Below the pieces are notes generated by a model, which saw only the letters and a list, made by a program, of their open reading frames with translations, searched no databases and had not been told where the DNA came from. A stretch of 64,000 nt of DNA. Source: Moniliella sp. 'wahieum'. Lineage: Eukaryota. This document shows positions 1-13,489 of this stretch, piece after piece. Within the stretch, counting starts at the first letter, position 1. Every line of letters starts with the position of its first letter. Location: contig RSEE01000032.1 in the NCBI GenBank assembly GCA_003971905.1, positions 62,001 to 126,000 on the forward strand. The letters run 5' to 3'. The translations under genes were made by a program, and so were the position numbers.

Positions 1-1096
1 TTGCCCCAGTCGTGCACGAACAGTAGCCCTTCTTCATAAACCATGCCACCGCGCCCGTTGTGGGATCAATCAGGCACACTCCGTCAGTGAACTTGACCAA
101 TTGGGCTGTACGGTGTTATGGACCAAGCGGAGGAAAGGACCCCAGATTGCTGGGCATCCCACGCTGAACAGGAAGTTTCGGCAACCACGAATGGGAAGAA
201 TTGAAGGTCCAGAGGTACTTCCTTTTGACCAAATCCCAGGCAAAGAACTCTCTGCCTTGGTGGTGGTGGTATGCCCGGTCCTTTGTATAAGCCTGAGGTA
301 TAAGATCGGAAAACGGAAAAGCATCTTGCTCGAAATATTCTTCACTAGACCCCGCCCCCTCCCTCCAGCCCCAGGTTCCATTGGCTGCGGTTGGTGTCTG
401 TGGAGAAGTGGGGAGTAGCGAACCGCTTGCCTCGTCAAAGTGGAAGTGGAGAGTAGATGATGGTTTGATCAGCCTAGATCGATCGGTATCGAACGCCACC
501 TCCGTCCCATGGATCAGTGGGGGGGCGGCCAGCTCATCAGCATATTCTTCTACATCTTCAAGATCGTTGAATCCGCTGGCACCCTTGACGCAGTCCATAA
601 CCACCTCACCTGTACGAAGAGAGACGGTGCGGTAGCCCGCCGCGTTGAGCAGCAGCATCACACCGAACGAGGGAAGGATGGTAGGAGTCGGGGTGTTTTC
701 GATTTCCCATGGAACAAGCTGGACCACGCATACATATCGTGCCATCGTTACGGGCCGCTTGGGGTGCCCGTGTGAGCCGGGGGTAGCAATCAGGGTGCGG
801 CCCACCTGCTGCGCCATCCCTTCTTGCATGAGCACGACGTCGCGCCAAGTCTTGACCTTCTTCCATGCGGCTGAGCTGATACGGTCGGCCTTGATGTGTG
901 TGGCGCGGGCAGGACCGAATAGCTGCCCGGGCTCGGTAAGCTGGAGCGAGCGTGCCAGGCGCCGCCACAACCACTCGTGCCGGACGACGGCACGCATATG
1001 CTTGCTCAGCGACTCGAGGCGGACGAGCTCTGGAATGGTGAGCACGCGGCAGGACAAGATGTCCCACCATACGTGCTCGGGCAGGTGGACGGACAT
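1..1096 (-). CDS. F-box protein with possible beta-propeller-type C-terminal repeats (3' end probably runs off window)
   Basis: N-terminus MSVHLPEHVWWDILSCRVLTIPELVRLESLSKHMRAVVRHEWLWRRL fits the F-box pattern. FFAWDLVKRKYLWTF and, past the stop at 116-118, VCLIDPTTGAVAW resemble PQQ-like propeller repeats. Confidence 0.7.
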
Positions 1097-1577
1097 GGTG
1101 GATGGGGCGGGTTGGCGGGTGTTGGGTGGGTGAGGGTGGGAGTCCGGGAGCAGGCGCTGGCCGCATAAGGCCCAAGGCCTAAGGCAGGACTACTAATGAC
1201 TCGTGCTTGACTCACTCGGTCCAGACGAGAGTTCGAGGACATAAATAGTGCCTCCATGTCACGTGCGAGCGGGGCCCGGTGCAGTGACGGGTGACGGGTG
1301 ACGAGTGACGCTCGCCTCGAAACGTTTCATGTGGCCGCGGTGCTGCCCGCCATTCCGCCCCGGCGCAAGCACACTGCCCCTGCGCGCGCTCTGCGTTCCG
1401 CCCGAGTTCGATGGGCGGCGGTGCGGCCGGCGGGCGTTCGTTTGGATTTGCGGCCGTGCATGCCCGCTGGCCCCCGCCCGCCCCTCTGCCCTCCCCCCGT
1501 TCGCCTTCCTCCTACCGCCTCGGCTCACCCCCCCCACCTGTCCCTCTGCCTCTCCGCCGTCGCTGCTGCTGTCCGCC

Positions 1578-3149
1578 ATGTCCGACCCCGCCTCAGCGAC
1601 GCCGAGCTCTTCCAGCTCAACGCCTCCGCTGCCGTGCGCAACTTCAACGTCGAGCCCCGTGTCGACTACCGCACGATCAGTGCCATCAACGGGCCCCTGG
1701 TTGTGCTCGAGAATGTAAAGTTCCCCAGCTACTACGAGATTGTCAGCCTTACGCTCCCCGACGGCTCCAAGCGCGGCGGTCAGGTCCTCGAGGTCGCCGG
1801 CAACAAGGCCGTGGTGCAAGTGTTTGAGGGTACCAGCGGCATTGATGTGGCCCGCTCCCCACATTGAGTTTACCGGGGCCAGCATGAAGCTGCCCGTGTC
1901 GGAGGACATGCTGGGCCGTATCTTTAATGGTTCGGGTAACCCTGTCGACAATGGTCCCAAGGTGTTTGCCGAGACTATTTGGACATCAACGGCTCCCCCA
2001 TCAACCCCTACGCGCGTATCTATCCCGAGGAGATGATCCAGACCGGCATCAGCACGATTGACGTGATGAACTCGATTGCCCGTGGCCAAAGATTCCCATC
2101 TTCTCTGCTGCCGGTCTGCCGCACAATGAGATTGCCGCGCAGATTTGCCGGCAGGCTGGTCTTGTCCGTCGCCCCGGTGGCAGCAAGGGCATCCACGACA
2201 CGCACGAGGACAACTTTAACATTGTCTTTGCCGCCATGGGTGTCAATATGGAGACGGCGCGGTTCTTTAAGAACGACTTTGAGTCGAACGGCTCGTTGGA
2301 CCGTGTCACGCTCTTCCTCAACTTGGCCAACGACCCTACGATTGAGCGTATCATCACCCCGCGTCTCGCGCTTACCACGGCCGAATACTTTGCCTACCAA
2401 CTGGAGAAGCACGTGCTTGTCGTGTTGACCGACATGACGTCGTATGCCGATGCGTTGCGTGAGGTGTCGGCGGCGCGAGAGGAGGTGCCTGGTCGTCGTG
2501 GGTACCCCGGGTACATGTACACGGACTTGGCCAACATTTACGAGCGTGCCGGTCGTGTGCAGGGGCAACGGATCGATTACCCAGATTCCGATTCTGACCA
2601 TGCCCACGACGACATGACGCAACCCCATTCCGACTTGACGGGGTACATTACCGAGGGGCAGATCTACGTTGACGGCGCAGCTGCAGAACCGGCAGATCTA
2701 CCCGCCGATCAATGTGCTGCCCTCGCTTTCGCGGCTGATGAAGTCGGCCATTGGGCCGAAGCACACGCGTGCGGACCACGGCGATGTGTCGAACCAGTGT
2801 ACGCCAACTACGCCATTGGTCGTGACGCGGCGGCGATGAAGCGGTGGTGGGAGAGGATGCGCTGAGCGCCGAAGACAAGCTCTCGCTCGAGTTTCTGGAC
2901 AAGTTTGAGAAACAGTTTGTGTCGCAAGGTGCGTACGAGACGCGCACCATCTTTGACTCGCTCGACCTGGCTTGGTCGCTGCTGCGCATCATGCCCAAGG
3001 AGATGCTCAACCGGATCAACCCCAAGATCATCAAGGAGTACTATGCGCGCAAGTCGGCCAAGGCAGACCAGGCTCTCAAGGAGGACGCGGAGAAGAAGGA
3101 CAAGGACACGCGTGACTCGGCGGCCGAGGGCACTCTGATTGACGCGTGA
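1578..3149 (+). CDS. VMA2: V-type ATPase V1 subunit B (frameshifted in this assembly)
   Basis: Consecutive ORF pieces give [86 protein letters not shown] and [21 protein letters not shown] at 1578, TGA ends 3149. Confidence 0.97.
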
Positions 3150-4493
3150 GCCAGACGCCTGTCGCACCATTGCAGGTGCGCATAATGGCTCTCCCCCGAC
3201 TGGGGGGGGGGGAGGGACTTTTTAATTCTACCTACAATGACCATACTTCCTTCTTTTCCCACGAGGCGAGGCATTTGATAGCGGGACCAGATGAGCCAGC
3301 CGCGCTGGAGGGATTGCCACCGCAAGGGCATGGGTAAGAAAAGGGGCCGCGTCAAGCAGCAGGCAGTACTAAGTGGCATGCTATGACATGAGCCATCAAT
3401 AACAAAGGGGAAGAGCATCCGGCAGTGCTACTCGGTCATGCACGCATCCTCGCACCTGAAAAGCAGAGAGGAATGAAACGTCGAATTGGACTTTCATGCA
3501 TTGGGCCTTGGGCCTTAGGCCTTCTGCCTTATATCAGCGCACGTGCGCGGGCGGAAGAGCATCAGATTCTTCGGAGGACATGCAGTTAATGCCGAGGGAT
3601 ATATGCGACATCTGGGAGGAGCTGAGCCACTGGGGTCTGAAGATGGGCGTGCCGCGAGGTGATGTCTGGCAAGTGAGATCTGAGAGCGACAGCTGGATGG
3701 CAGTCACCCCATCTCGGACGCAGGCGCAGAGAGAGCGAGGGAGATGGACGCAGTGGGGGTGTTTTGCTGGGAAGCGCGTGGGGGCATCGAGCATCCAATG
3801 CTGGGTTAGGCCTTAGGCCGTTGGCCTTGGGCTCAGCCTGAGGGGCGGGCAGCCGGCCCAGTTGGCCTGCAAAGAACAGCGCACTTGGGTTACTAGTTAC
3901 TGTAGGGCACACCTGTTGGTGCCGCGCCAAATTTGCCTCATGCCGTCGCGCTGTCCTCGCCGCCTCAAGCGTCCTCTCCGGCGCCAGGCCGCGCGCAGCA
4001 CAGGGCCGCTCATGCTCTGGCCAGGCTCTGTGCATTGAATATTGAACATTGAACACTGGTACTGACCACAGCGCATGAGCTGGACCTGTACGTTGCGACG
4101 CCGCACCGCCGCCGCAGTGCCGCCCCGTGCCGCTGCCGGCCCGCCCCGAGTCGCTACGGCTTGGCAACAAACACCACACTGCCCCATGCACCACCCCCTT
4201 ACATCCCCCCGCGCTCGCCCGCCGACGCAGCACGGCACACGGCCGCACTAAGCTTCCAAGGTTTCTCCCTGAGCTTGGCCCAGGCCGCATGTGCCACATG
4301 TCAGCATTCGGCCATCCGCATCCCTCCCTCACTCAGCCCCCCCCTGCCTCCCCGCCTGCCCCTCCTCCTCGCCCCGCCCCTCCGCCGCCACCGCCTCCTG
4401 CCTCTCTCCCACCACATCCCCCCGCCCCCCCCCCCCCCACTTCCTGTCCTGCGTTCCACCGCCACCGCCATCCGCATCAGCCCCCCTGCCGCC

Positions 4494-6616
4494 ATGGCTC
4501 GCGCCCACCCGCTCCCGCACCCGCTCCCCCACCCGCACTTTGACCCTCACCTCGCCATGCCCATCCATGCGCCGCCGCCTTTGGCTTCCCCCCGCCCGGC
4601 TGCGCCCCAGCCTACCTCGCCCGACCCTCGACGCCCCGCCGCACTCCACCCCTGCCGGTGGGAAGGGTGCAGCCGGGTGTTTGCGTCGGCTGAGCCTCTC
4701 TTTACCCACTTGTGCGAGGACCACGTTGGCCGCAAGTCGACCCGCAACCTCTGCCTCACGTGCAAGTGGAAAGACTGCAAGGTGTCCTGCGCGAAGCGGG
4801 ACCACGTCACGAGCCACCTGCGTGTCCATGTGCCTCTTAAACCCCACTTGTGCGAATGGTGTGGACGCAGTTTCAAGCGCCCCCAGGACCTGAAGAAGCA
4901 TGCGCGCTTCCACCGTCGCTCGCCCGGGCAACCGCAACCCATTGGCCACTCCAATCCCTCACTACGTAACCCCAACATACAGCCAAGACCTCGCCTCTGC
5001 CCCCGCTGGCCCTGTCTACCCTAGTGTCCCCTTCACGCCCACCGCCATGCCAGCACAGCCATCGGCCGTGCCAGCTGTGCCCACCCAGAACCGGTTCAAT
5101 GTGCATGTTCCTCTGGCCCGAGAGTCCCAGGGGTTGTACCCTGCTCCGCTGGCCATCTCCCCCGCCGCCTCGGGAACCTACCCATCCGTGCCAGAGAGTA
5201 CAGTACTCGGGAAAGCGCGACAGGACTCACGAGGCAATGCAGAGTTTGGCGAGCGACATTCGCCGACGCAAAGTTGCGCCAACGTACGATTCGTGTATGT
5301 CATGCTGTGTTTACCTTACTTTCTTTGATTTGCGTGATTGTTTTCTGACATTTTACGCTGCTTCGCAGCGATGGCACAAAGGCTGCAAGATGTGTTCCAA
5401 GGCAACAATCTGGATGAGAAGGCGTTCGTTGCCCTCCTTCAGGCTGTTCAGGAAGAGCGCCCCCCCGCTCCTACCCGCAGATCCAAGCGCCAGCCATAGT
5501 CACACCCCGACGCCGGCACCAGTTCAAAGCTCATACACTGGTGCCTATCCTGCTGTGCCGTCTATGCAAGCACCCTCGGCGGCTGTGACGCAAGCCTTGA
5601 TGCCTCGCACCTCCAGCACGGCTGGTCAGGTGATGAACGCCTCTGCCCCCGCTCCCTCGGCGCCGCAAGATTTGGGTACGCTCAATGAGTTTTTCCTCAA
5701 GCTGGGGCACAGTGTGGCGATTGGAACTGCAAACGTTTATGGAGCAACAGCGGGCTCCCTCCTCGACCACCGTAGCTCCTGCTCCAGCTTCGACCCCGGG
5801 ACTGACTATGACGGAGCAACAACCCATGTACCCTGCCGTGCCACCGAGTGTGCCAGTGTCTGTGACTGCGCCCAGCCCGGGGATGACGCTGTACGCCACC
5901 AACTCTCCTGTGCAGGAAGCGGCCAAAGCAGTCCATTTGTTCTCTTCCTCGCCCAAGTCGCCTAGCTCGATGGCTACCTCGCCTCTTCCGCCGACCAATC
6001 CGTCTCGACGCCGCACGACAGCCCGTCGCCTGCCTCGCCGTTCCCTACAGAGCCCCTCCCATTCAGCATGGAGCAACTCAAGAAGGACGGGTTGGCTTCC
6101 ATCCTTGGGTTTGATCCTAGCATTTCACTGCGCCAACTGCGTCCGCTCAGCCTACTGCGCCCAAGACCACCGGACCCGCACCTGCTGATACGGCTGCGTG
6201 GGATATGCTCTTCCACCCCGCGCTCACGCCCGTTGCACCGTCGACATCCTACTCGCAGATTCCTCAAATTGCACCGGGCCACACGGCCCACAGCACGCCG
6301 GACCAGTACCTTACTTCCCACGCTCTCGGCCGCGCTTTGCCTACTGGCTCTCGCATTTCGTCGCGGGTGGGGGTGGGGTAGGTGTGGCATCCTCAGATCC
6401 CGAATCGGATGCGTCGTCGACGACTTGTGCTTGGCCAACAGCACCCCCGTCTCCTCACCCGAGGCTGCAGTGGTCTCCCTTCCGGCGCCAGTGAGCAAAA
6501 CGCAACTGGAAGCGCATGCGGCGCTGATCCGTCGTATCCTTCGCGCTCAACAGGCCGTGGACTGGGTCCGAGGCCGAGACCAAGACCGTACTCAACGCCG
6601 AGACCGAAACGGTTGA
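4494..6616 (+). CDS. RIM101: pH-response C2H2 zinc-finger transcription factor PacC/Rim101
   Basis: Three fingers: [70 protein letters not shown]. Intron ~5295-5369 (gtatgt..ctgac..cag). Pro/Ser-rich C-terminus; end approximate. Confidence 0.9.
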
Positions 6617-7327
6617 GGCGCTGGGACGGATGCAGCTGACCTGATTCCTTGGTTGTTGATGGATTTTGGCTTTTTTTTTCTCTCTCTCTCCTGTGCCTCA
6701 AGACCGTTTTGGGTGCTGATTGGACACTGTTTCGACCACGTTTCGACCATACTTTGGCACACTATAAACACCTCATTCTCTCGTTTACTTTGTCTCTCCG
6801 TATCACAATCTATACGCACCTCCTTTATCCCCTCTCTCTCCTTACTTCCTTGCTCGTCCCTGCTCTTGTCTTCCTTCCCTTCCCAGCCGGCTCTCTTGTC
6901 GCTGGGACAACAATGTGGCACTGTACCCTACGCCTGACGATGATTGCCGCTCCTTATAAAGAAAAATCTGGCCTTGTACATTCCTTCCCCCTGGTCTGGC
7001 AGGAGGTAGGCCTCTGAGTGAGATCTGATAGATGTCGAGGAGGCGGGTGTAGCAGGGACCGTCCGTGGCACTCGATGAGAGACGTGCCACGCCAAGGCAA
7101 CACTGGGCTTCCTGTCGGTCTCTCGATCGGCGCGCAACTCGCTGCAGCACTAGCAAGGAGGTAGGGGTTATGTAATCTCGTTGGAACGGAGCGCATCATG
7201 CGTCATGCATCATGCTTCAGGCGACACTGCAACGTTGCAACATCCAGCCGAGCATTAGGTAACGCGCGGTTTTTTTTTCTCTTCGCCCAGGCGGGAGCTG
7301 GGTCTGGCATCGCCTTCCCACCACACG

Positions 7328-7875
7328 ATGAGCGACCACGAGGGTGACTTTGGCGCGAGGATGCGTACCTCAATGATGCCGACGAGTTTGACCAGGAGAT
7401 GATTGAGGAGCAGCAAGACGAAGCCAACTTCAACCCGTGGAGGAGAACGTGGTGGAGTCGGGGCAACCGTTGGACGGAGAGTGTCGCGTGCGGTGCCCAA
7501 GGACCAGCGCTCGACCCACCCTACATGACCAAAACGAGCGCGCACGTATTTTGGGTACCCGTCATTGCAGATTAGGTACGTTGGATTGCCTTTGTTGTGC
7601 TTTGGTGGTGGGGGTAGGGGGGGGGGGGGGGGGGAGTAGGGATGGGGCGGATGGAGCGACGGAACCGAGGAAGACTGGACCACTGACTTACGTTGTCTCT
7701 TGCTCACTGCGCACTTAGCATGAACGCCCCCGTCCTTGTTCCTGTCGAGGGCGACAGACCCGTTGGCAATCGCGAAGGAGCTGCAAGCCAAGAAGGTGCC
7801 GCTTGTTATCCGCGCTACCTCCCGGATGGGAGCTACGAAGATTGGTCGGTAGAAGAGCTGATGATCACCGACTAG
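7328..7875 (+). CDS. RPB6: RNA polymerase I/II/III shared subunit Rpb6
   Basis: Acidic N-terminus, PYMTK..ERARILGTR..LQI, intron ~7576-7718, then MNAPVLVPVEG..IAxKELQAKKVPLVIRxYLPDGSYEDWSVEEL. Confidence 0.93.
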
Positions 7876-8451
7876 GCTACCGTCTCCGAAAGCCGGATGA
7901 GGGGGGAAGGCGGAGGATGTTGAACGTTGACGGAGACGCAAGAATGCCCCAGTTCGTTTGGGTGGTGGATAACACGGGCCACGTCTCCTTTCGATTATCC
8001 GCCTCCCACCCTCCCTTGCGTGGGTTGGTACCAAAACTGTTCTGCTTGCCCTGCCGAGGCGGCCGCGTTTCTTTCGTGCTCAATCAAATTGTACTACTAG
8101 ACACAGAATCAGCCCGGCGAGCATCACGAGTGGGCCGAGGTGTGCATCCGTTGCTGCTGTTGTAGGCTGGACCCGTCGGAGTGGCAGTGTAGCGTGAGCG
8201 TGAAGGCTGGATGGCCGTGCGTAGGTAGGGGTCGGGGCAGCCTAAGCCGCCGACGTCGATGATGCGGCCCCGTCGTTCGTCCGCTGGGCACCAGCCAAGC
8301 CTCGGCGTGTGAACATTTCACTTGCAGCAGTATTTTTGTTCTTTTCATGTGTGGTAGCACTCGGCAGGCCCTACAGTGCTGGCTCTCTGAATCCAGACGC
8401 TTGCTCGCCCGACGCTGGCAGCCTCCGCTCCTCTCCTGCCCCCAACCATCC

Positions 8452-10628
8452 ATGCCCTCCGACCTGGCCAGCAAGCGGGCCGAGTACGCCAAGCTCTCCC
8501 ACGAGGAACTGGTTGAGCGTCTGCTCGCAGCCTAGGCACGCACCCCTTCCTCCCCCCGAAACCCGAGGAGGAGCCTCAACCCCCGCTCCAGCCCGCCCCC
8601 TCGCTCCGGGCCAAAAGGGCTGCTGCACTCAAGGGAGAACCCAAGGTGCCTAAGAAACCTACGCGGCCATTCAAAGTGCTCAGTCACCATGCCGCAAAGT
8701 GGCGCTTCGGTTCAGCTACGGGAACCGTACCTGGGCTTGGCGGCGCAGAACGGGATTGATACGTTGCTGCCGCTGGTGCCTGGGGAGGTGGGGAAAGCGG
8801 ATCAAGTAGGTCCGGGGACCAACTCGGTGGAAGCTGTGTTGTGGCCGCGTTGGTACAGGCGCGTTTGGTGGACCCTGAACAGGGGATGGAAGGAGCTGGC
8901 TTTTCCAGGTGCGGGCGCACGGATCGCGGTGTATCAGCGGCTGGGCAAGTGGTCAGTTTGTGGCTACGAAGCAAGCGTGTGGACGAGTGGGAAGCGCGCA
9001 AGGTAGAGCGGAGAGAATGGTTGCGCGGTATGAAGCGGTCCGAGGAAGGGACGAAATATTACTTCGCACCCGCTGCTTGACAAAGAAGGGAGACCAATCC
9101 CATTTGTTCCAGCAGCCGAGGAACTGCCATATGTGCATACGCTCAACCGCATTCTTCCCTCCACGATCCAGATTACGGGTTGGTCTCCCGTCCGGGCCGA
9201 CTTTAGCTCGCGCTTTGACTGTCGCTACCGGCACTACAAGTACTTCTTTTTCGGGCGCTCCCCCGGCGCTCCGCAGTCTGAGCGCGACGGCTGTACCTGG
9301 GATCCACAATGCCGGGAGTGAGTTGAACATTGGTGCGATGCGCCAGGCCGCCGCTCGTTTCTTGGGCGAACACGATTTCCGCAACTTGTGCCAAGATGGT
9401 ACCGGAAAAACAAATTACCAACTTCGTCGCCGCATCGATGGGGTGAGCATTGACCTTGTCGACCATGGGGCCGCTCCGTCGCGTGCCGGGGGACGACCCA
9501 GCGCTGAGTTCTACGGTTCAAGCGTACACGGACGACAACCGCGCTTCTCCTCCAGCGGGGGAGGAAGGAAAGTGGGAAGAAATGTTTGTGCTCAACCTAC
9601 GCGGCACTGCGTTCCTCTACCACCAAGTCCGCCACATGGTCGCTGTTCTCTTCATGGTTGGTGCCGGGTTGGAGGAACCGACCGTGGTGGATGAACTGTG
9701 AATGTCAAGACTGGTGCGGTGGCGGCGGATCGATTGGCGTGCGCCTGGCTGGCTTGCGAACAGGGCCGGATGCAGAACAAACGATCAACACATGGTCGTC
9801 CTCCCTGGTTCCACTGCCACTTCCATGGCAGGCTTCACAGCAGCGGACGAGGACCGTGCGCGCGCAGCACAGATGCGGCAAGCTGCCGAAACGGCCATGG
9901 CAGCTGCTCACCCTGCTACACAGCCGAACCTCGCACAGCTGAGCCAGGAAGTAGGACCGACCGGCCGAGGCCCAGACCCAGACCGAGATGGCGCACGAAT
10001 CAGCCTTGGAACAGCTCTACCACTCCCTGACGGTGATTGAGGGACGTCCGACGTACGAGATGGCATCGGATGCGCCGTTGATGTTGTGGGATTGCGGGTT
10101 CAAGCGACGGATGTACAATGGCGTGCTGGGCATACGATGGCCCACTGCTTCCCCCTGGGGAAGCGGTAACTGACGAGTGGGCCCTGAAGCAGATTGGCCT
10201 GCGGTGGTAGCCTCGGCGGGCGCACCAACAAGCAGAAGAACATGGTGACATGGCCGTCAGCAGTCTCTCTTTGGGTTTGCACGCGTCCTGGGTACGAAGC
10301 GCGATCAAGGCCCAACTGTATCGCCACTTTGTCTTTCAGCCCCGACTGCTCTTCGGGGGGATGGGTGCCAGCGTCTACCCTGTACCATCATGCACGACGA
10401 CCGACCCTCATCCCTCCCCCGCGGAAGAGGGTAGGGCGGGGGCCAGCGCATCCTCCTTCCTATGGGCATGCTACCTCGCGCTCGGGCCAGCCAGGGTGGA
10501 CACCAATGGCCCAATTAAAGCGGGACGATCCGCCGGAAGTGCGAAACGAGCGCTTCCGCACGGAAAAGGCGTGGAAGATGGAACGACGCGCTCGGAAGGT
10601 CGAGGCGAAGCGGCAGGCGCAAGCATAG
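8452..10628 (+). CDS. DEG1: tRNA pseudouridine(38/39) synthase, TruA family
   Basis: [24 protein letters not shown] (catalytic Asp), [61 protein letters not shown]. Confidence 0.9.
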
Positions 10629-11662
10629 CGTGCTTGAGATACCAATCGAGCACGAGTTACGAAGAGAAGAGAAAGGAGGAAAACGCACGTTTTATGAACG
10701 CCCCGTTAGCCCTGCCTGCCACCTGCACCTCCCTCCCTGTGCCGAATTCCTACTCGTTAGCCAGTAGATTAGTATATACTAGTACTAGTTACTTCAGGCT
10801 CAGGGTGCGCCCTCGCACCCGATACTACTAGGCACCCCACCCCACCCCCTCCCTTCCACAAACCAAAACGCCACCGTGGCTGACCCCAGCATCACTGGCA
10901 CGTCTACTCTCCATGGCCCCACTGTCTAATACGCGGACAGTGTCATTCCCTATCGTGAGTCAGACCGACGATGCGTAGAGGAGTTCTGCCCCCTCTCAGC
11001 TCCATCTCCGTTCTTTGTGCCGGTTCGACCAACTCTCGCGTGTGCGTCCCACTAGCTTGCGTTAGAGGGTGATGATATAGGTTCCCTGCACGGCCCTCAA
11101 TGGATCGGTGACGCTCGCCTAGCCGAGCGGAAGAGTTCCGCTCGCAGGCCGCTCACGCCCTGCTCGCTCCGTCTCCCTTCTCTCTCTCTCCCTTCCCTTC
11201 AGACGTTGCTGAAGACTTGGCTCACCGTGAGCACACTACGAGTAGGGAGGAAACCATCCGCCAGGGTATATAAACATTGACAAACCCAAAGCCATATTTG
11301 AGCCGCCACAGGTGGCTCGTGTGTTTGATCAAGCTCCTTTCAGTCCCTCGTCACAGAACCCTCATGCACTATAGGAGATCCATTGATTTCTCTGGCTTCT
11401 GTTTTGCTTGTTTTACGCAGCCTCAGATAGCCCCTGGTAGAGAGTGGCCGCTTGATGCCCTATATATAGGCGTTGTTGGTTGGCTTAGACCGCCACCACC
11501 ACCACCACCACTGCTTAGTGCGGTTACATCACACCCTCTCGAGGACCATCTAGACTCCAAGCCTCGTCAGAGTTACAACCCTTCTTTCGCACATCCAGTG
11601 AGCGACGGTCATCATCCATCACTCCCCATTTCCCTCGTATTCTTTCGGTGTATTTCGTCAAC

Positions 11663-13168
11663 AATGAGCACCATCACTCCACTCCTTATCTCTGGTCCTT
11701 CGAACCCATCCTGGGCCGAAGGCTTCTCCCACCTCCCTTTCCTTCATCGGGAATCTCGTTTGAACGTGCTTCTCAGCTGGCCAAGGACATGCTCAGCAAA
11801 TATGAGCCCTTGTACTTTGTTCTTGAGACGCAGTCGTCTTGGGTGACCACCCAAGGCGACAGCTCTCCTGCTTATGTCGACATTCGTCTATACACTATCT
11901 GGGGCCGGCTTGAATCACTCAAGGAGACGGTAAAGAAAATGGTCGGGGATCCTGTGAATCAGGTAGCAAGCGACCCGTTTGCCCAAGTTTCTGTCGCGCG
12001 TCAGTTCAGTTCAACGAATTGCGCGTGGCATGTTCTACCAATTCTTGTCCAGCGGTTGGAATTCATCTTCGCCCTCCACTTCACAGCCTTCCGGCACATC
12101 TACTGGCATCCCTGTTGAACCTTTGGAGCCTGTCCTGGACCTACGACCAGTCGTATCATCTCTCCCCACCGTCGAACAAACCCCTGATGCCACTACGCCG
12201 CACGGCGTCATCATCTTCTCCTCCACTCGATGCTGATGCGATCATGTCCACGTTGACTAGGCTCAGTTCCGTTCTGTCTGCGGAACGTCTCCTGGACGTG
12301 GCAGAGAAACGGTGGGGTACTGAAGTGGGCATACCCGCTGCCATGACGGTCCTAGAAAGGGTCATTTCAGAAAAGAAATTGGCTGAAAACTCACCATATG
12401 GGGCCACGACTCACACACCCACGGCCACAGATGTGCAAAACGCAGTCGATGGCCTCCAACGTTTGATCGACGGCGGACTCCGTTGGAGCCAGGTCAATGA
12501 GCATGCTGTCCGTGCGTATGGTGCCGACCTTGGCGTCCAGGCATGCACGGCATTGTATGAGCGCAACCGTAACGACGGCACGGATCCAAACACTTTGGCC
12601 GATTTGTCAATCTTATCGACCGCGTTGAGGAAGTGGACAAGTTTAAACCAGACAGCCTTTTTGGCCGTGGGTTAACAGTACCTTGGCCGCCCTGGAACTG
12701 ACGGTCAGGGGGGTCCGGGCGATCGTTGAATCGGGACCTGCCGATGCACACTACAAATCTGGTCTAGACCACAAACTGTTCTATCCCCTTTATGTTCACC
12801 TGCACCGTTCTGTACATGAATCGCTTGGTGCTCCCATGCCGGCTCTTGCATCCTCTCTCTTCGCCCTTCTCCGCCGAAAATACGGTCACACCACACCCAG
12901 GAGAAGCTTTCACGGTTTCGGCGCTGCTTCGCCTGACTATTGGTCGCATACTGGAGTTCAGTTTGTCCAGAAGCATCGACAATTGGCACGCCGGGCCCAG
13001 TTGTGTTGAATCGCCCTATGGATACTGAGCTCCTCCGTCTGGCGGTGATCAATGCGTGGTGGAGAAAGCGGAATGACCATCCCGTATGGTGGGATGACGT
13101 ACGAGGAACTTTTGACGCTGGTCGCGGAAGACGGAGGGCCTTCTGTGGCACGCCCAGAGTTTGAATGA
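11663..13168 (+). CDS. Orphan island protein A (apparently intronless, frameshifted)
   Basis: Overlapping + ORFs (11648-12118, 11979-12236, 12019-12675, 12683-13009, 12940-13164) tile into one protein-like read. TATA-like runs near 11266 and 11461. Confidence 0.5.
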
Positions 13169-13489
13169 GCCGGTTCATCGCTGGAGGGGGTATCCGCAGT
13201 GGGGAGTCCCGAGGGGGGCGCCGCTCTCATCACAGGTTTCATACCACATCTGAGATGTGGTGGTAGTTCTTCTCGATGAGGTTCCGCTATCGCAGCTTAT
13301 TCGGCGGTGCAGGGCGTTGTAGTAGCATTGACCCGGAAACGGCATTACCTATCCTACTGGCCCTCTTCATGGCACTGTGACATCGGACCGCCAACAACTT
13401 AGGATCTCACACTGTTTTCCCTTCGACTGTGTTATCTTTTATGCACGGACCTAGCTTTTTTTGTTCCAATCTTTGCACCCACTCGGATG

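Noticed and set aside
7609..7634. Long G run in the RPB6 intron (and C run at ~21692-21714)
   Set aside because: Simple homopolymers of unreliable length in this assembly; no further support for function.
11000..11035. tRNA/SINE B-box (GGTTCGACC)
   Set aside because: No cloverleaf and no convincing A-box.
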